From Thermoanaerobaculia bacterium (lineage in GTDB: Bacteria; Acidobacteriota; Thermoanaerobaculia; Multivoradales; UBA5704): 64,000 nt of DNA. The notes beneath the pieces were generated by a model that saw nothing but the letters and a program-made list of their open reading frames with translations, was not told the DNA's origin and made no database searches. Positions 29,451-37,869 of this stretch are shown here, piece by piece. The DNA lies in the NCBI GenBank assembly GCA_036402955.1, contig DASWRX010000316.1, forward strand, positions 4,996 through 68,995. The letters run 5' to 3'. The position numbers were made by a program, and so were the translations under genes. Numbering within the stretch: the first letter of the stretch is position 1; each line of letters starts with the position of its first letter.

Positions 29451-31388
29451 TCAGAGCTCGCGGCTGCGCGACGCCGACAGGTCGCGGACCCGTGCCAGAA
29501 ATGTCTCGACCGCCATGGCGCCCAGGTCCTCCCCCGAGCGCCGTCGCACCGAGACCGTCCCCTCGTCGGCCTCGCGCGCGCCCACCACCAGCATGTAGGG
29601 GACCTTCTGCACCTGGGCCTCGCGGATGCGGTAGCCCAGCTTCTCGTTGCGCGCGTCGAGCTCCGCCCGCACCCCCACGGCCGCCAGCGCTTGGCGGACC
29701 GTCTCGCCATAGTCGGCGAACTTCTCCGAGATGGGGAGCACGGCCGCCTGCACCGGCGCCAGCCATACCGGGAACGCGCCCGCCGTCTGCTCGATCAGGA
29801 TCGCCATGAAGCGCTCGATGGAGCCTAGCATGGCGCGGTGGATCATGACCGGCACGTGCTCGCCGCCGTCCGCCCCCACGTAGGAGAGCTCGAACCGCCG
29901 CGGCATCTGGTAGTCGAGTTGCACCGTGCCGAGTTGCCAGCTGCGGCCGATCGCGTCGCGCACGTGGAAGTCGACCTTCGGCCCGTAGAAGGCGCCGTCC
30001 CCCGGATTGACCTGGTAGGCCAGCCCGCGGTGGTCGAGCGCCCGCGCCAGCGCTCCCTCCGCCCGGTCCCACAGCTCGTCCGAGCCGACCCGCTTCGCCG
30101 GCCGGGTCGACAGCTCGATCCGCACGTCCTCGAAGCCGAAGGTGCGGTAGACCTCCAGGATCATCTCGGCGACCGCCACCACCTCGGCCTCGATCTGCTC
30201 CTCGGTGCAGAAGATGTGGGCGTCGTCCTGCGCGAACGAGCGCACCCGGAACAGGCCGTTGGTCACGCCGCTACGCTCGTAGCGGTGCAGCCGCCCGAAG
30301 TCCGCGTAGCGGATCGGCAGGTCGCGGTACGACCGCAGCCTGGTCGCGAAGATCAGGCAGTGCGTCGGGCAGTTCATCGGCTTCACCGCCATCCGCCGCT
30401 CGTCGGCCTCGGTGAAGAACATGTTCTCGACGTAGTTGTCGTAGTGTCCCGAGGTCTTCCACAGCTCGACGTCGAGGATCTGCGGCGTGATCACCTCGCC
30501 GTAGCCGAAGCGGGCGTAGAGATCGCGCACGTAGTCGGTCAGCGCGACATAGATCGAGCCCCCCTTGGGGTGGAGGAACGGCATCGCCGGGGCCAGCGGA
30601 TTGAAGCTGAACAGGTCGAGCTCCTGGCCGATGCGGCGGTGGTCGCGCGCCCGCGCCAGCTCGATCAGCGCCAGGTGCTCGTCCATCTCCTTCTGGGTGG
30701 CGAAGGCGGTGCCGTAGATGCGCTGCAGCCGCTCATTCCTCTCGTCCCCCTTCCAGTAGACGGCGGACGCCTCCAGCAGCTTGACCGCGCCGACCTGCGC
30801 CAGCGCCCGCACGTGTGGGCCCCGGCAGAGGTCGACGAACCGGCCGTCGCGGTAGAGGGTGATCGTCTCCCCCTCGGGGATGTCCTTGAGACGCTCGATC
30901 TTCAGGGTCTCGCCCATCTCGCGGAAGGTCCGCTCGGCCTCCTCGCGGGAGACCTCGATGCGCTCGAACTCGCTGCCCTCGGCCAGGATCTCGCGCATCT
31001 TCGCCTCGATCCTCTCGAGGTCCTCGAGGGTGAAGGCGCGCGGGAAACGGAAGTCGTACTGGAACTTCTCCGTATGGTCCTGGCGCCCGGCGTCGATCTC
31101 CGCCCCCGGCCACAGGCGCTTGACCGCGTCGGCCAGCACGTGCTCGGCGCTGTGGCGCACGAACTCGCCGGCCTCGGGGCTCTTGACGGTGAACAGCCGG
31201 AAGACCCCGCCGCGCTGCAACGGCAGGCGCAGATCGACCTTCTTGCCGTCGAGCTCGGCGCCGACCGCGTCCTTGGCCAGACGGGGACCGATCGCGGCGG
31301 CCACCGCGAGCGGGGTGGTCCCGGCCGGCACCGTGCGCACGGAGCCGTCGGGCAGGGTCAGGTCGATAGCTTCAGTCATCGTCTCCAT
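29451..31388 (-). CDS. thrS: threonine--tRNA ligase
   Basis: Full-length ThrS (TGS, editing domain, class II core, anticodon-binding domain). Confidence 0.95.
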   Translation of the reverse strand: METMTEAIDLTLPDGSVRTVPAGTTPLAVAAAIGPRLAKDAVGAELDGKKVDLRLPLQRGGVFRLFTVKSPEAGEFVRHSAEHVLADAVKRLWPGAEIDAGRQDHTEKFQYDFRFPRAFTLEDLERIEAKMREILAEGSEFERIEVSREEAERTFREMGETLKIERLKDIPEGETITLYRDGRFVDLCRGPHVRALAQVGAVKLLEASAVYWKGDERNERLQRIYGTAFATQKEMDEHLALIELARARDHRRIGQELDLFSFNPLAPAMPFLHPKGGSIYVALTDYVRDLYARFGYGEVITPQILDVELWKTSGHYDNYVENMFFTEADERRMAVKPMNCPTHCLIFATRLRSYRDLPIRYADFGRLHRYERSGVTNGLFRVRSFAQDDAHIFCTEEQIEAEVVAVAEMILEVYRTFGFEDVRIELSTRPAKRVGSDELWDRAEGALARALDHRGLAYQVNPGDGAFYGPKVDFHVRDAIGRSWQLGTVQLDYQMPRRFELSYVGADGGEHVPVMIHRAMLGSIERFMAILIEQTAGAFPVWLAPVQAAVLPISEKFADYGETVRQALAAVGVRAELDARNEKLGYRIREAQVQKVPYMLVVGAREADEGTVSVRRRSGEDLGAMAVETFLARVRDLSASRSREL

Positions 31389-31465
31389 GGGACGCCGGGA
31401 AGTTCGGAGGTGCGGAGTCTCTCGGGGCCGCGGCCCAGGCCGGCGGCGATCACGAGAAGGGAGGA

Positions 31466-31542
31466 TGGTAGGCGCTAGCGGACTCGAACCGCTGACCTCT
31501 ACCGTGTGAAGGTAGCGCTCTAACCAGCTGAGCTAAGCGCCT
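31466..31542 (-). tRNA. tRNA-Val (anticodon CAC), CCA encoded
   Basis: Hand-folded cloverleaf. Acceptor AGGCGCT/AGCGCCT, D arm GCTC..GAGC, anticodon stem CTACC/GGTAG with loop TTCACAC, T arm AGCGG-TTCGAGT-CCGCT, then ACCA. Confidence 0.9.
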
Positions 31543-31634
31543 GGGCATAAGGCTGAATATCGGTTCACCAGTTGGGATGCTGTCTCCGGTCTGCGCTGTC
31601 GATCTGGTGCCGAATTCACTCCTGAAAAAGGCTT

Positions 31635-31711
31635 TGGTAGGCCCAAGCGGACTTGAACCGCTGACCTCTACGATGTCAACGTAGCGCTCTAACCAACTGA
31701 GCTATGGGCCT
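31635..31711 (-). tRNA. tRNA-Val (anticodon GAC), CCA encoded
   Basis: Hand-folded cloverleaf. Acceptor AGGCCCA/TGGGCCT, anticodon stem CTACG/CGTAG with loop TTGACAT, T arm AGCGG-TTCAAGT-CCGCT, then ACCA. Confidence 0.9.
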
Positions 31712-31785
31712 GTTCCCTTCGATCTCGGCGTTCGCCAAGGAAGGGGAAGGGTAGCAAAGGCTCGGGGAGGTGTCAAACCCGTTGC

Positions 31786-32124
31786 CGGAGGCCGGCGCCT
31801 CTGGGAACGGCCGCCTCTGGAGGCGGACCCTCCGCCTCGCCGGACGAGCCACCCGCCTCCCGAGGCGGGCCCTCCGCCTCCTGAGGCGGACCTCCCGCAT
31901 CTCGAGGCGGGCCTCCCGCCTCCTGAGGCGAACGCTCGGCCTCCTGAGGCGGGCCTGCCACCCCGCGAGGCGGGCCTGCCGCCTCCTGAGGCGGCCCTCC
32001 GCCCCGGAAGGCGGGCCTGTCGCCTCACGGGGCGGGCCTCCCGTCCCGGAAGGCGGGCCTGTCGCCTCACGGGGCGGGCCTCCCGTCCCGGAAGGTGGAG
32101 CCGCCGCCTCGCGGGGCGGGCCAC
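31786..32124. repeat. tandem array (~16 copies) of a self-complementary 21-nt unit, consensus about GAGGCGGGCCTCCCGCCTCCT
   Basis: Read directly from the sequence. It includes a perfect 42-nt tandem duplication (32004-32045 = 32046-32087). It fills the gap between the rlmI-like stop and tRNA-Val(GAC). Confidence 0.85.
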
Positions 32125-32128
32125 CGGC

Positions 32129-33322
32129 TCAGAGCACCGGCCCGCGCACCCGCGCCAGCCAGCCCTTCAGATACTCCCCCTGCGGATGGGTGATCGCCAC
32201 CGGGTGGTCCGGCGCGGCGGCGAGGGGCTCGAGGAGGTCGACCCGCACCCCCGCCTCGACGGCGGCGGCGAAGAAGATCTGGCGGAAGAGCTTGGCGTCC
32301 ACCGCGCCGCTGCAACTGAAGGTCATCAGGAACCCGCCCGGCTCGATCCGCGCCAGGGCCAGCCGGTTGAGGTCCTTGTAGGCGCGCGCGGCGGCGGCGA
32401 GGTCCGGCCGCTTGCGCACCAGGGGCGGCGGATCGCAGATCACCAGGCCGTACCGCTCCTCGCGCCGGCGGAGGTCCTCGAAGACGTTCGCCTTCACCCA
32501 TTCGATGCGCTCGGCGGGGAAACCGTTGAGGGTGACATGCCCGCGGCCGAGCTCGATCAGGCGGCTCGAGGATTCGATGCAGACCACCCGCCCGGCCCCG
32601 CCCCGCAGGGCGTAGAGCGCGAAGGCACCGGTGTGGGAGAACAGGTCCAGCACCGTGCGGCCGGCGGCGAACCGCTCGGCCCGCCGGCGGTTCTCGCGCT
32701 GGTCGCAGTAGAAGCCGGTCTTCTGGCCGCCGACGATCTCGGCCATGAAGAGTAGCCCCGACTCGGCGAACCGCGCCTCCGCGGGGGGATCGCCGGCGAG
32801 GATCTCGTCCGCCTCGCCCACCTCGTTCGCAACGACGGGGAGCCCCTCGGCCCGCCGCGCCGGCACGTCGTTCGACTGCACGATGGCGGCCCCCGGCAGG
32901 GCCGCGGCGAGAGCGGCATAGGCCTCGCCGCGCACGGCCTCCAGCCCCGCCGCCGTGACCTGGCTCACCAGGACATCGCCGAAGCGATCGACCGTCCAGC
33001 CGGGCACGCCGTCCCCCTCGGCGTTGAGCAACCGGTAGCCGGTGGTCTCCGGCGGCAGGACGGCCTCGCGCAGGGCGACCGCCTCGGCGATGCGGTCGCC
33101 GAAGAAGCGGCGGTCGGCCGCCAGCACGCCGGCGCCGAGCATGCGCACGCGGATCTGCGAGCGGGGGCTGTGGAAGCCGAGGCCGAGGAGGGTGCCGCGG
33201 GCGTCGAAGACCCGGGCGAGGGGAGCGCCGGCCGGGCCGCCGAGCCGGTCGACGGCGCCCGAAAAGACCCAGGGGTGGCCCTCCCGGACCGCCTTGTCGC
33301 GGCCCGGCTTGAGGTAGATCAG
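32129..33322 (-). CDS. RlmI-like SAM-dependent rRNA (cytosine-C5) methyltransferase with N-terminal PUA region; probable CTG start
   Basis: SAM motif VLDLFSHTGAFAL. The in-frame upstream sequence LIYLKPGRDKAVREGHPWVFSGAVD is the conserved RlmI N-terminus but has no ATG/GTG/TTG. Start set at CTG 33322 (alternative CTG at 33355 after GGAAGGAAG). Confidence 0.68.
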   Translation of the reverse strand: MIYLKPGRDKAVREGHPWVFSGAVDRLGGPAGAPLARVFDARGTLLGLGFHSPRSQIRVRMLGAGVLAADRRFFGDRIAEAVALREAVLPPETTGYRLLNAEGDGVPGWTVDRFGDVLVSQVTAAGLEAVRGEAYAALAAALPGAAIVQSNDVPARRAEGLPVVANEVGEADEILAGDPPAEARFAESGLLFMAEIVGGQKTGFYCDQRENRRRAERFAAGRTVLDLFSHTGAFALYALRGGAGRVVCIESSSRLIELGRGHVTLNGFPAERIEWVKANVFEDLRRREERYGLVICDPPPLVRKRPDLAAAARAYKDLNRLALARIEPGGFLMTFSCSGAVDAKLFRQIFFAAAVEAGVRVDLLEPLAAAPDHPVAITHPQGEYLKGWLARVRGPVL

Positions 33323-33390
33323 TGCTTCTCGGCTCGGCTCGGAGGGGCGATCCAGAAAGCAGCTTCCTTCCAGCAGAGGCGCGGCAGGGC

Positions 33391-35553
33391 TCAGCCCCTC
33401 GCGCGCGCCCCGGGGACGACGAAGCGCAGCGCGCTCGCCGCTCCGGAGACCGAGACGCGGAGCGTGTACTCGCCCGGCTTGAGGTCGGCCGGCAGACGGA
33501 AGGTGGCGACGGCGCGGTCCGCTCCCCCATCGGCGCCGGCGCGCCGGTCGGCGATCTCCAGACCGCCGGCCGGGGTCTCGCGCCCGTCGGCGGCGATCAC
33601 GGTGGCCTCCCCTTTCCAGGGAGCGGCGCCGAGGTTGTAGCCGGCGACGACCAGCCGCACCTCGCGGCCGGGCGGCAGCTCCGGCCGGGCGGCCGGGACG
33701 AACGGCTGGTTGCGGAGGAGGAAGGGGTAGGCGGGCGCCGGCCCCTCCCCCCGCTGCTGCTCGCGCACCATCAGCCAGCGGTTCGGGGGCTCGGGGACGA
33801 ACGGCGGCAGCAGCACCGGCTCGGCGGGGCCGAAGGCCGGCACGTGGAGCGCGGCCACCTTGAGGCCGGAGACGCCGCTGGCGGCGTTGCGCACCAGCAC
33901 CCGCAGCGAGTAGTCGCCGGGCTGGAGGTCGAGGTGGCCGAAGAACTTGAGGCCCCCCTGCCGCAGCAGGGCGCCGGCCTTGGTGAGGTCGAGGCCGACG
34001 GTCTGGGTGAAGAAGTCGTGCACCGCGCCGCCCTCGTCGAGGGCGTAGGCATAGATCTCCACCGGCAGCGAGGCGGGCTGGCGGCCGGCGAGCAGGGTCG
34101 GGCCGCCGACCTCGATCACCACCGGCACGTAGGCCTTCTCGCCCGACGCCCGGAACGGCGCCGCCAGCACCGAGGCGGCGATGGCGTCGCTCTCCTCGCC
34201 GCTCATCACCTGGTTGGCGGCGGCGAGGAGCTTCTCGATCGGGTCCTGCTCGGCGTAGGGCTTCGGCGGGTAGTAGCCCGGCCGGTGGACCAGCCGCGCG
34301 CCGTGGACGGGCTTCTCGAGGTCCACCCGCAGCCGGTGGAAGTCCCCCTCGGCGCCCGAACGCTCGGGCTGGATGGCCAGCACGTAGGTGACGCTGGTGC
34401 GCTTGAGCATCTGACCCATCGCCGCGCCGAGGTCGTTGTAGCTCTCGTAGAGCTCGCCGCCGGTGCCGCGGGCCATCAGCAGCAGGCTCTCGCGGCCGCC
34501 CAGCCGCGGCGCTCCCTGGTCGGCGCCGGCGCGCAGGCCGCCGATATCGACCGCCTGGAGGGTGCAGTCGGCGCGGCGGAACTCCTCGAGCATCCGCTCG
34601 ACGGCGTTGCTCACCTCGGTCAGGCCGTAGCGCTCCTCGGGGCTGGTGCGCCAGCTCTCGCCGTTGAGGGACTGCTCGTGGATCGTCTGCTCCTTCTCCG
34701 CGTCGACCGTCCCCTGCAGCAGCGAGACATCGAACCCCTCGGAGAGGAAGACCAGGTACTTGCGCCCCTCGACCACCGACATCTGCCGCGCCAGGTCGGC
34801 GAGCGACTTGGAGAAGGTCACGACGCGGGTCTTCAGGGCCGTGCGGTCGGCCAGCTCCACCTGCCGGGTGATCGCTTCGATCCGCGTCAGATCCCCGGAA
34901 TCGGTCGCCTCCGAGAGCGGATCGCGGGTCACCCGCGGCGCCGCGCCGCTGGCGACGTTGTCCACCCCCAGCACCTCCTGTAGCACCAGCCGCAACGGGT
35001 CGGCCGAGCTCGCCGTGAGGTCGAACAGGCCGAGACCGCCGAGGGCGCTCTGGAGCTGCCGCCGGTCGGAGGTGAAACCGAGCACGAGCTGCGGGCCACG
35101 CGAGGCGCTGTAGGTGGCCACGGCCACCAGGTCGGTGGGATGGAGATCGGCGAGCAGGCCGGCCGCCGCCCGCCGCGCCCGCACAATCGCCTTGGGCTCG
35201 GAGAAGGCGAGGTCGAACAGCATCAGGAAGTGGCGTCGCGCCGCCGACGGCACCGGGGAGGCCCGCCCCGCCCCTGTCGCCGCCAGGTCGAGCACCTCGA
35301 AGCCGGTGACCGGCAGCCGGCGGTGCCCCTCCCAGACCGCGAAGTCGCCGGCCTGGAGGCCGCGCACGGGCTCGCCGTCGCGCACCACCTGCACCGGCAC
35401 GTCGACGGACAGCACCTGGGCGGAGCCCGTGAAGGAGGAGGGCGCGGGGTGGGCCTGGGGCGCGGACGGGGTCTGCCCCCGCCCGGCGACCGCCGTCCCC
35501 AGGCTCAGCAGCGCGACGGCGGCGCCGCGCCGGATGCCGCGTCTCAGCCGCAT
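33391..35553 (-). CDS. secreted VWA-domain protein, acidobacterial VWFA-related type with long C-terminal beta-rich extension (paralog 1)
   Basis: Signal peptide; N-terminal VDVPVQVVRDGEPVRGLQAGDF module; VWA core (FLMLFDLAFSEP...LVAVATYS...YLVFLSEGFD); ~350-aa C-terminal extension. Alignable by eye over its full length to the next three genes. Confidence 0.8.
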   Translation of the reverse strand: MRLRRGIRRGAAVALLSLGTAVAGRGQTPSAPQAHPAPSSFTGSAQVLSVDVPVQVVRDGEPVRGLQAGDFAVWEGHRRLPVTGFEVLDLAATGAGRASPVPSAARRHFLMLFDLAFSEPKAIVRARRAAAGLLADLHPTDLVAVATYSASRGPQLVLGFTSDRRQLQSALGGLGLFDLTASSADPLRLVLQEVLGVDNVASGAAPRVTRDPLSEATDSGDLTRIEAITRQVELADRTALKTRVVTFSKSLADLARQMSVVEGRKYLVFLSEGFDVSLLQGTVDAEKEQTIHEQSLNGESWRTSPEERYGLTEVSNAVERMLEEFRRADCTLQAVDIGGLRAGADQGAPRLGGRESLLLMARGTGGELYESYNDLGAAMGQMLKRTSVTYVLAIQPERSGAEGDFHRLRVDLEKPVHGARLVHRPGYYPPKPYAEQDPIEKLLAAANQVMSGEESDAIAASVLAAPFRASGEKAYVPVVIEVGGPTLLAGRQPASLPVEIYAYALDEGGAVHDFFTQTVGLDLTKAGALLRQGGLKFFGHLDLQPGDYSLRVLVRNAASGVSGLKVAALHVPAFGPAEPVLLPPFVPEPPNRWLMVREQQRGEGPAPAYPFLLRNQPFVPAARPELPPGREVRLVVAGYNLGAAPWKGEATVIAADGRETPAGGLEIADRRAGADGGADRAVATFRLPADLKPGEYTLRVSVSGAASALRFVVPGARARG

Positions 35554-35557
35554 GACG

Positions 35558-37786
35558 TCAGCGGCCTCCGCGCGCTCCCGCCGCCCCCGCCACCGCGAAC
35601 CGCGCCGTGCTGGTCTCCGACTTGCCGGAGCCGTCGGTCAGGGTGACGCGTAGCGTGTAGTCGCCCGGCGGCAGGCTGGGCGGCCGGAAGTTGGCCACCA
35701 TCCGCGTCGGGTTGCCCCCCTTGGCCGCCTCGCGGTCCACCACCTGGAGAGCGCCGCCCGGCAGCTCCCGGCCGTCGGCCCCCAGGACCTTGACCTCCGC
35801 CTTCCACTCCCCCGCGCCCAGGTTGTAGCCCTGGAGCACCAGGCGGGCGTCCTGGCCCGCGCTGAGGGCCGGCCGCGAGGTCGGCACGTAGGGCTGGTCC
35901 TTGAGCATGAAGAGGTAGGGCAGGTCCGGCTGGCCCGCCTTCTTCGCCTGCCGCAGGTTCACCCAGCGGCCAGGAGCCGGATCGACGAAGATGCCCGGCA
36001 TCAGCGCCGGCGCCCCCTGGCCCAGCGACGGCACCATGAGCTCGGTGATCCGCAGGCTGGAATTCCCCGTCGTGCCGTTGCGCACCAGAGTGCGGATCGA
36101 GTACGCGCCCGGCGGCAGCTCGAGGTTGCCGAAGAACTTCAGTCCCCCCTGGCGCAGCGCCGTCTCGGCCTTGGTCAGGTCGAGCCCCACCGTCTGGGTC
36201 ATGAAGTCCTGCACGCTGCCGTTCTGGTCCAGCGCGTAGACGTAGATCTCCACCGGCAGTTGCGGCACCTGCTTGCCGGCCAGCAGCGTCGGACCGTCCA
36301 CCTCGATCACCACCGGCACGTTCGCCCGGTCCTTGCCGGCGAACGGCGCCGCGAGCACCGCGGTGCCGATGGTGCCGCCGTCCTGGCCCATCACGTCGCT
36401 GCTGGCCTCCAGCAGCCGCTGGAAGGGCGATTGGTCCTTGTAGGGGCGCGGTGAGTAGTAGCCCTGCCGGTAGACCACCCGCGTGCCGCGCGGGGCGTTC
36501 TTCAGCTCCACCCGCAGGTTGTGGTAGGAGCCGTCCTCCTTGAGGCCTTCGGGCTGGAACGCCAGCACGTAGGTGACACTGGTGCGGCGCATCATCTGCC
36601 CCATCGCGGCCGAGAGGTCGTTGTAGTTCTCGAACAGCTCGCCGCCCGTGCTCTTCGCCATGTTGAACAGCGCCTCGCGGCCGTTGCCCCGGTGGGCGGC
36701 CAGATCGGCACCGGCGCGCAGGCCGCCGATGTCCACCGCCTCGATCATGCAGTCGGCCCGGCGGAACGACTCGAGCATCTTCTCGACCGCGTTCTGCGAG
36801 CGGGTGTCGCCGAACTTGTCGTCCGAGCCGGACGCGCCGGTGGGGGCCTGGATCCGGCTCTCGTCGCCGATGTCCTGCCGGGCCTCCTGGTCCTCCGGCG
36901 AGCCGGCGCCGAGCGACGCGGCGGAGGAGGTCGCCTTGCCCGAGACCAGCGAGCTGTCGTACCCCTCGGAGAGGTAGACCACGTACTTGCGCCCCTCGAC
37001 TTCGCCCATCAGCCGGGCGAGATCCCCAAAGCGCTGGGTGAGCTTGCGCACCTCCTGCTGCTGGATGTTGCGGTCGGCGCGCTCGGACTGGGTGGCGAAC
37101 GTGGTCAGCGTGTCGATCAGGGCGTCGTCCTTGGCCCCCTGGAGCTCGTCCCCCTGGCGCCGCGCCGACGACTGGGAGGGGGTGGAGGGCCGGGTGTCGA
37201 TCTGTCGCTGGGACTGGGTGAGCACCAGGCGCAGGGGATCGGGAGCGCGGTCGATCAGCTTCGGCAGCCCCAGGGTGTCCAGCGCGGCGGCGATCTGCCG
37301 GCGGTCCGGCGTGAAGCCGAGCACGAGCTGGGTGCCCTGCAGCGAGCTGTAGGTGCCCACCGCCACCAGGTCGGTCGGATGCAGCCCGTCGACCACCCGC
37401 TGGGCCGCCTGGCGGGCCTTGGCGATCGACTTCGGCTCGGAGAAGGAGAGGTCGAACAGCATCAGGAAGTGGCGCCGGGCCGAGACCGGAACCTGCGCCG
37501 CGGCGGCCGCCGGCGTGCCCGCGGGAACGGCGGCGGCGAGGTCGAGCATCTCGAAGCCGGTGATGTTCATCTTCTTGCGGCCTTCGTAGACCTCGAAGTC
37601 GCTCGCCTTCAGCCCGCGGACCGGCTCGCCGTCCTTGACCACCTGGACGGGAACCTCGACCGCGACGACGCTCGTCGACTCCGCGAAGGTCTGCTTCTGC
37701 TGGGCGGCTCCCGGCCAGGGCGCGAGCCCCAGCGCCGCGGCGGCGAGCAGAATGGCGATGGATTGCGCTCGGCGACTGTGTTTCAT
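35558..37786 (-). CDS. secreted VWA-domain protein (paralog 2)
   Basis: Same architecture as paralog 1. Start trimmed to ATG 37786 (MKHSRRAQSIAILLAAAALG signal peptide, SD AAGGA). Confidence 0.8.
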   Translation of the reverse strand: MKHSRRAQSIAILLAAAALGLAPWPGAAQQKQTFAESTSVVAVEVPVQVVKDGEPVRGLKASDFEVYEGRKKMNITGFEMLDLAAAVPAGTPAAAAAQVPVSARRHFLMLFDLSFSEPKSIAKARQAAQRVVDGLHPTDLVAVGTYSSLQGTQLVLGFTPDRRQIAAALDTLGLPKLIDRAPDPLRLVLTQSQRQIDTRPSTPSQSSARRQGDELQGAKDDALIDTLTTFATQSERADRNIQQQEVRKLTQRFGDLARLMGEVEGRKYVVYLSEGYDSSLVSGKATSSAASLGAGSPEDQEARQDIGDESRIQAPTGASGSDDKFGDTRSQNAVEKMLESFRRADCMIEAVDIGGLRAGADLAAHRGNGREALFNMAKSTGGELFENYNDLSAAMGQMMRRTSVTYVLAFQPEGLKEDGSYHNLRVELKNAPRGTRVVYRQGYYSPRPYKDQSPFQRLLEASSDVMGQDGGTIGTAVLAAPFAGKDRANVPVVIEVDGPTLLAGKQVPQLPVEIYVYALDQNGSVQDFMTQTVGLDLTKAETALRQGGLKFFGNLELPPGAYSIRTLVRNGTTGNSSLRITELMVPSLGQGAPALMPGIFVDPAPGRWVNLRQAKKAGQPDLPYLFMLKDQPYVPTSRPALSAGQDARLVLQGYNLGAGEWKAEVKVLGADGRELPGGALQVVDREAAKGGNPTRMVANFRPPSLPPGDYTLRVTLTDGSGKSETSTARFAVAGAAGARGGR

Positions 37787-37869
37787 GCCTCGTCCTTTCA
37801 GCCCTCGGTACGTTCCGGTTCCTCCAGCCTCTCCGGCAAGGGATACGAATAGATGCGATAAAAATAGCA

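Noticed and set aside
31389-31465. thrS leader as T-box or tRNA-Thr-mimic operator
   Set aside because: Only 77 nt separate tRNA-Val from the thrS ATG, too short for a T-box. No anticodon-arm mimic with a Thr anticodon was apparent, just a GGGCCGCGGCCC hairpin.
31466-31711. Genomic island or integrase associated with the tRNA-Val genes
   Set aside because: There is no integrase, no direct repeat of a tRNA 3' end, and no compositional break. Flanking genes are core housekeeping.
31786-32124. CRISPR array, or a heptad-repeat protein (ORFs 31702-32124 minus and 31770-32381 plus)
   Set aside because: The repeats are contiguous with no unique spacers and no cas genes, so it is not CRISPR. The ORFs stay open only because the 21-nt period preserves frame. 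They overlap a tRNA or the rlmI-like gene and lack an SD.
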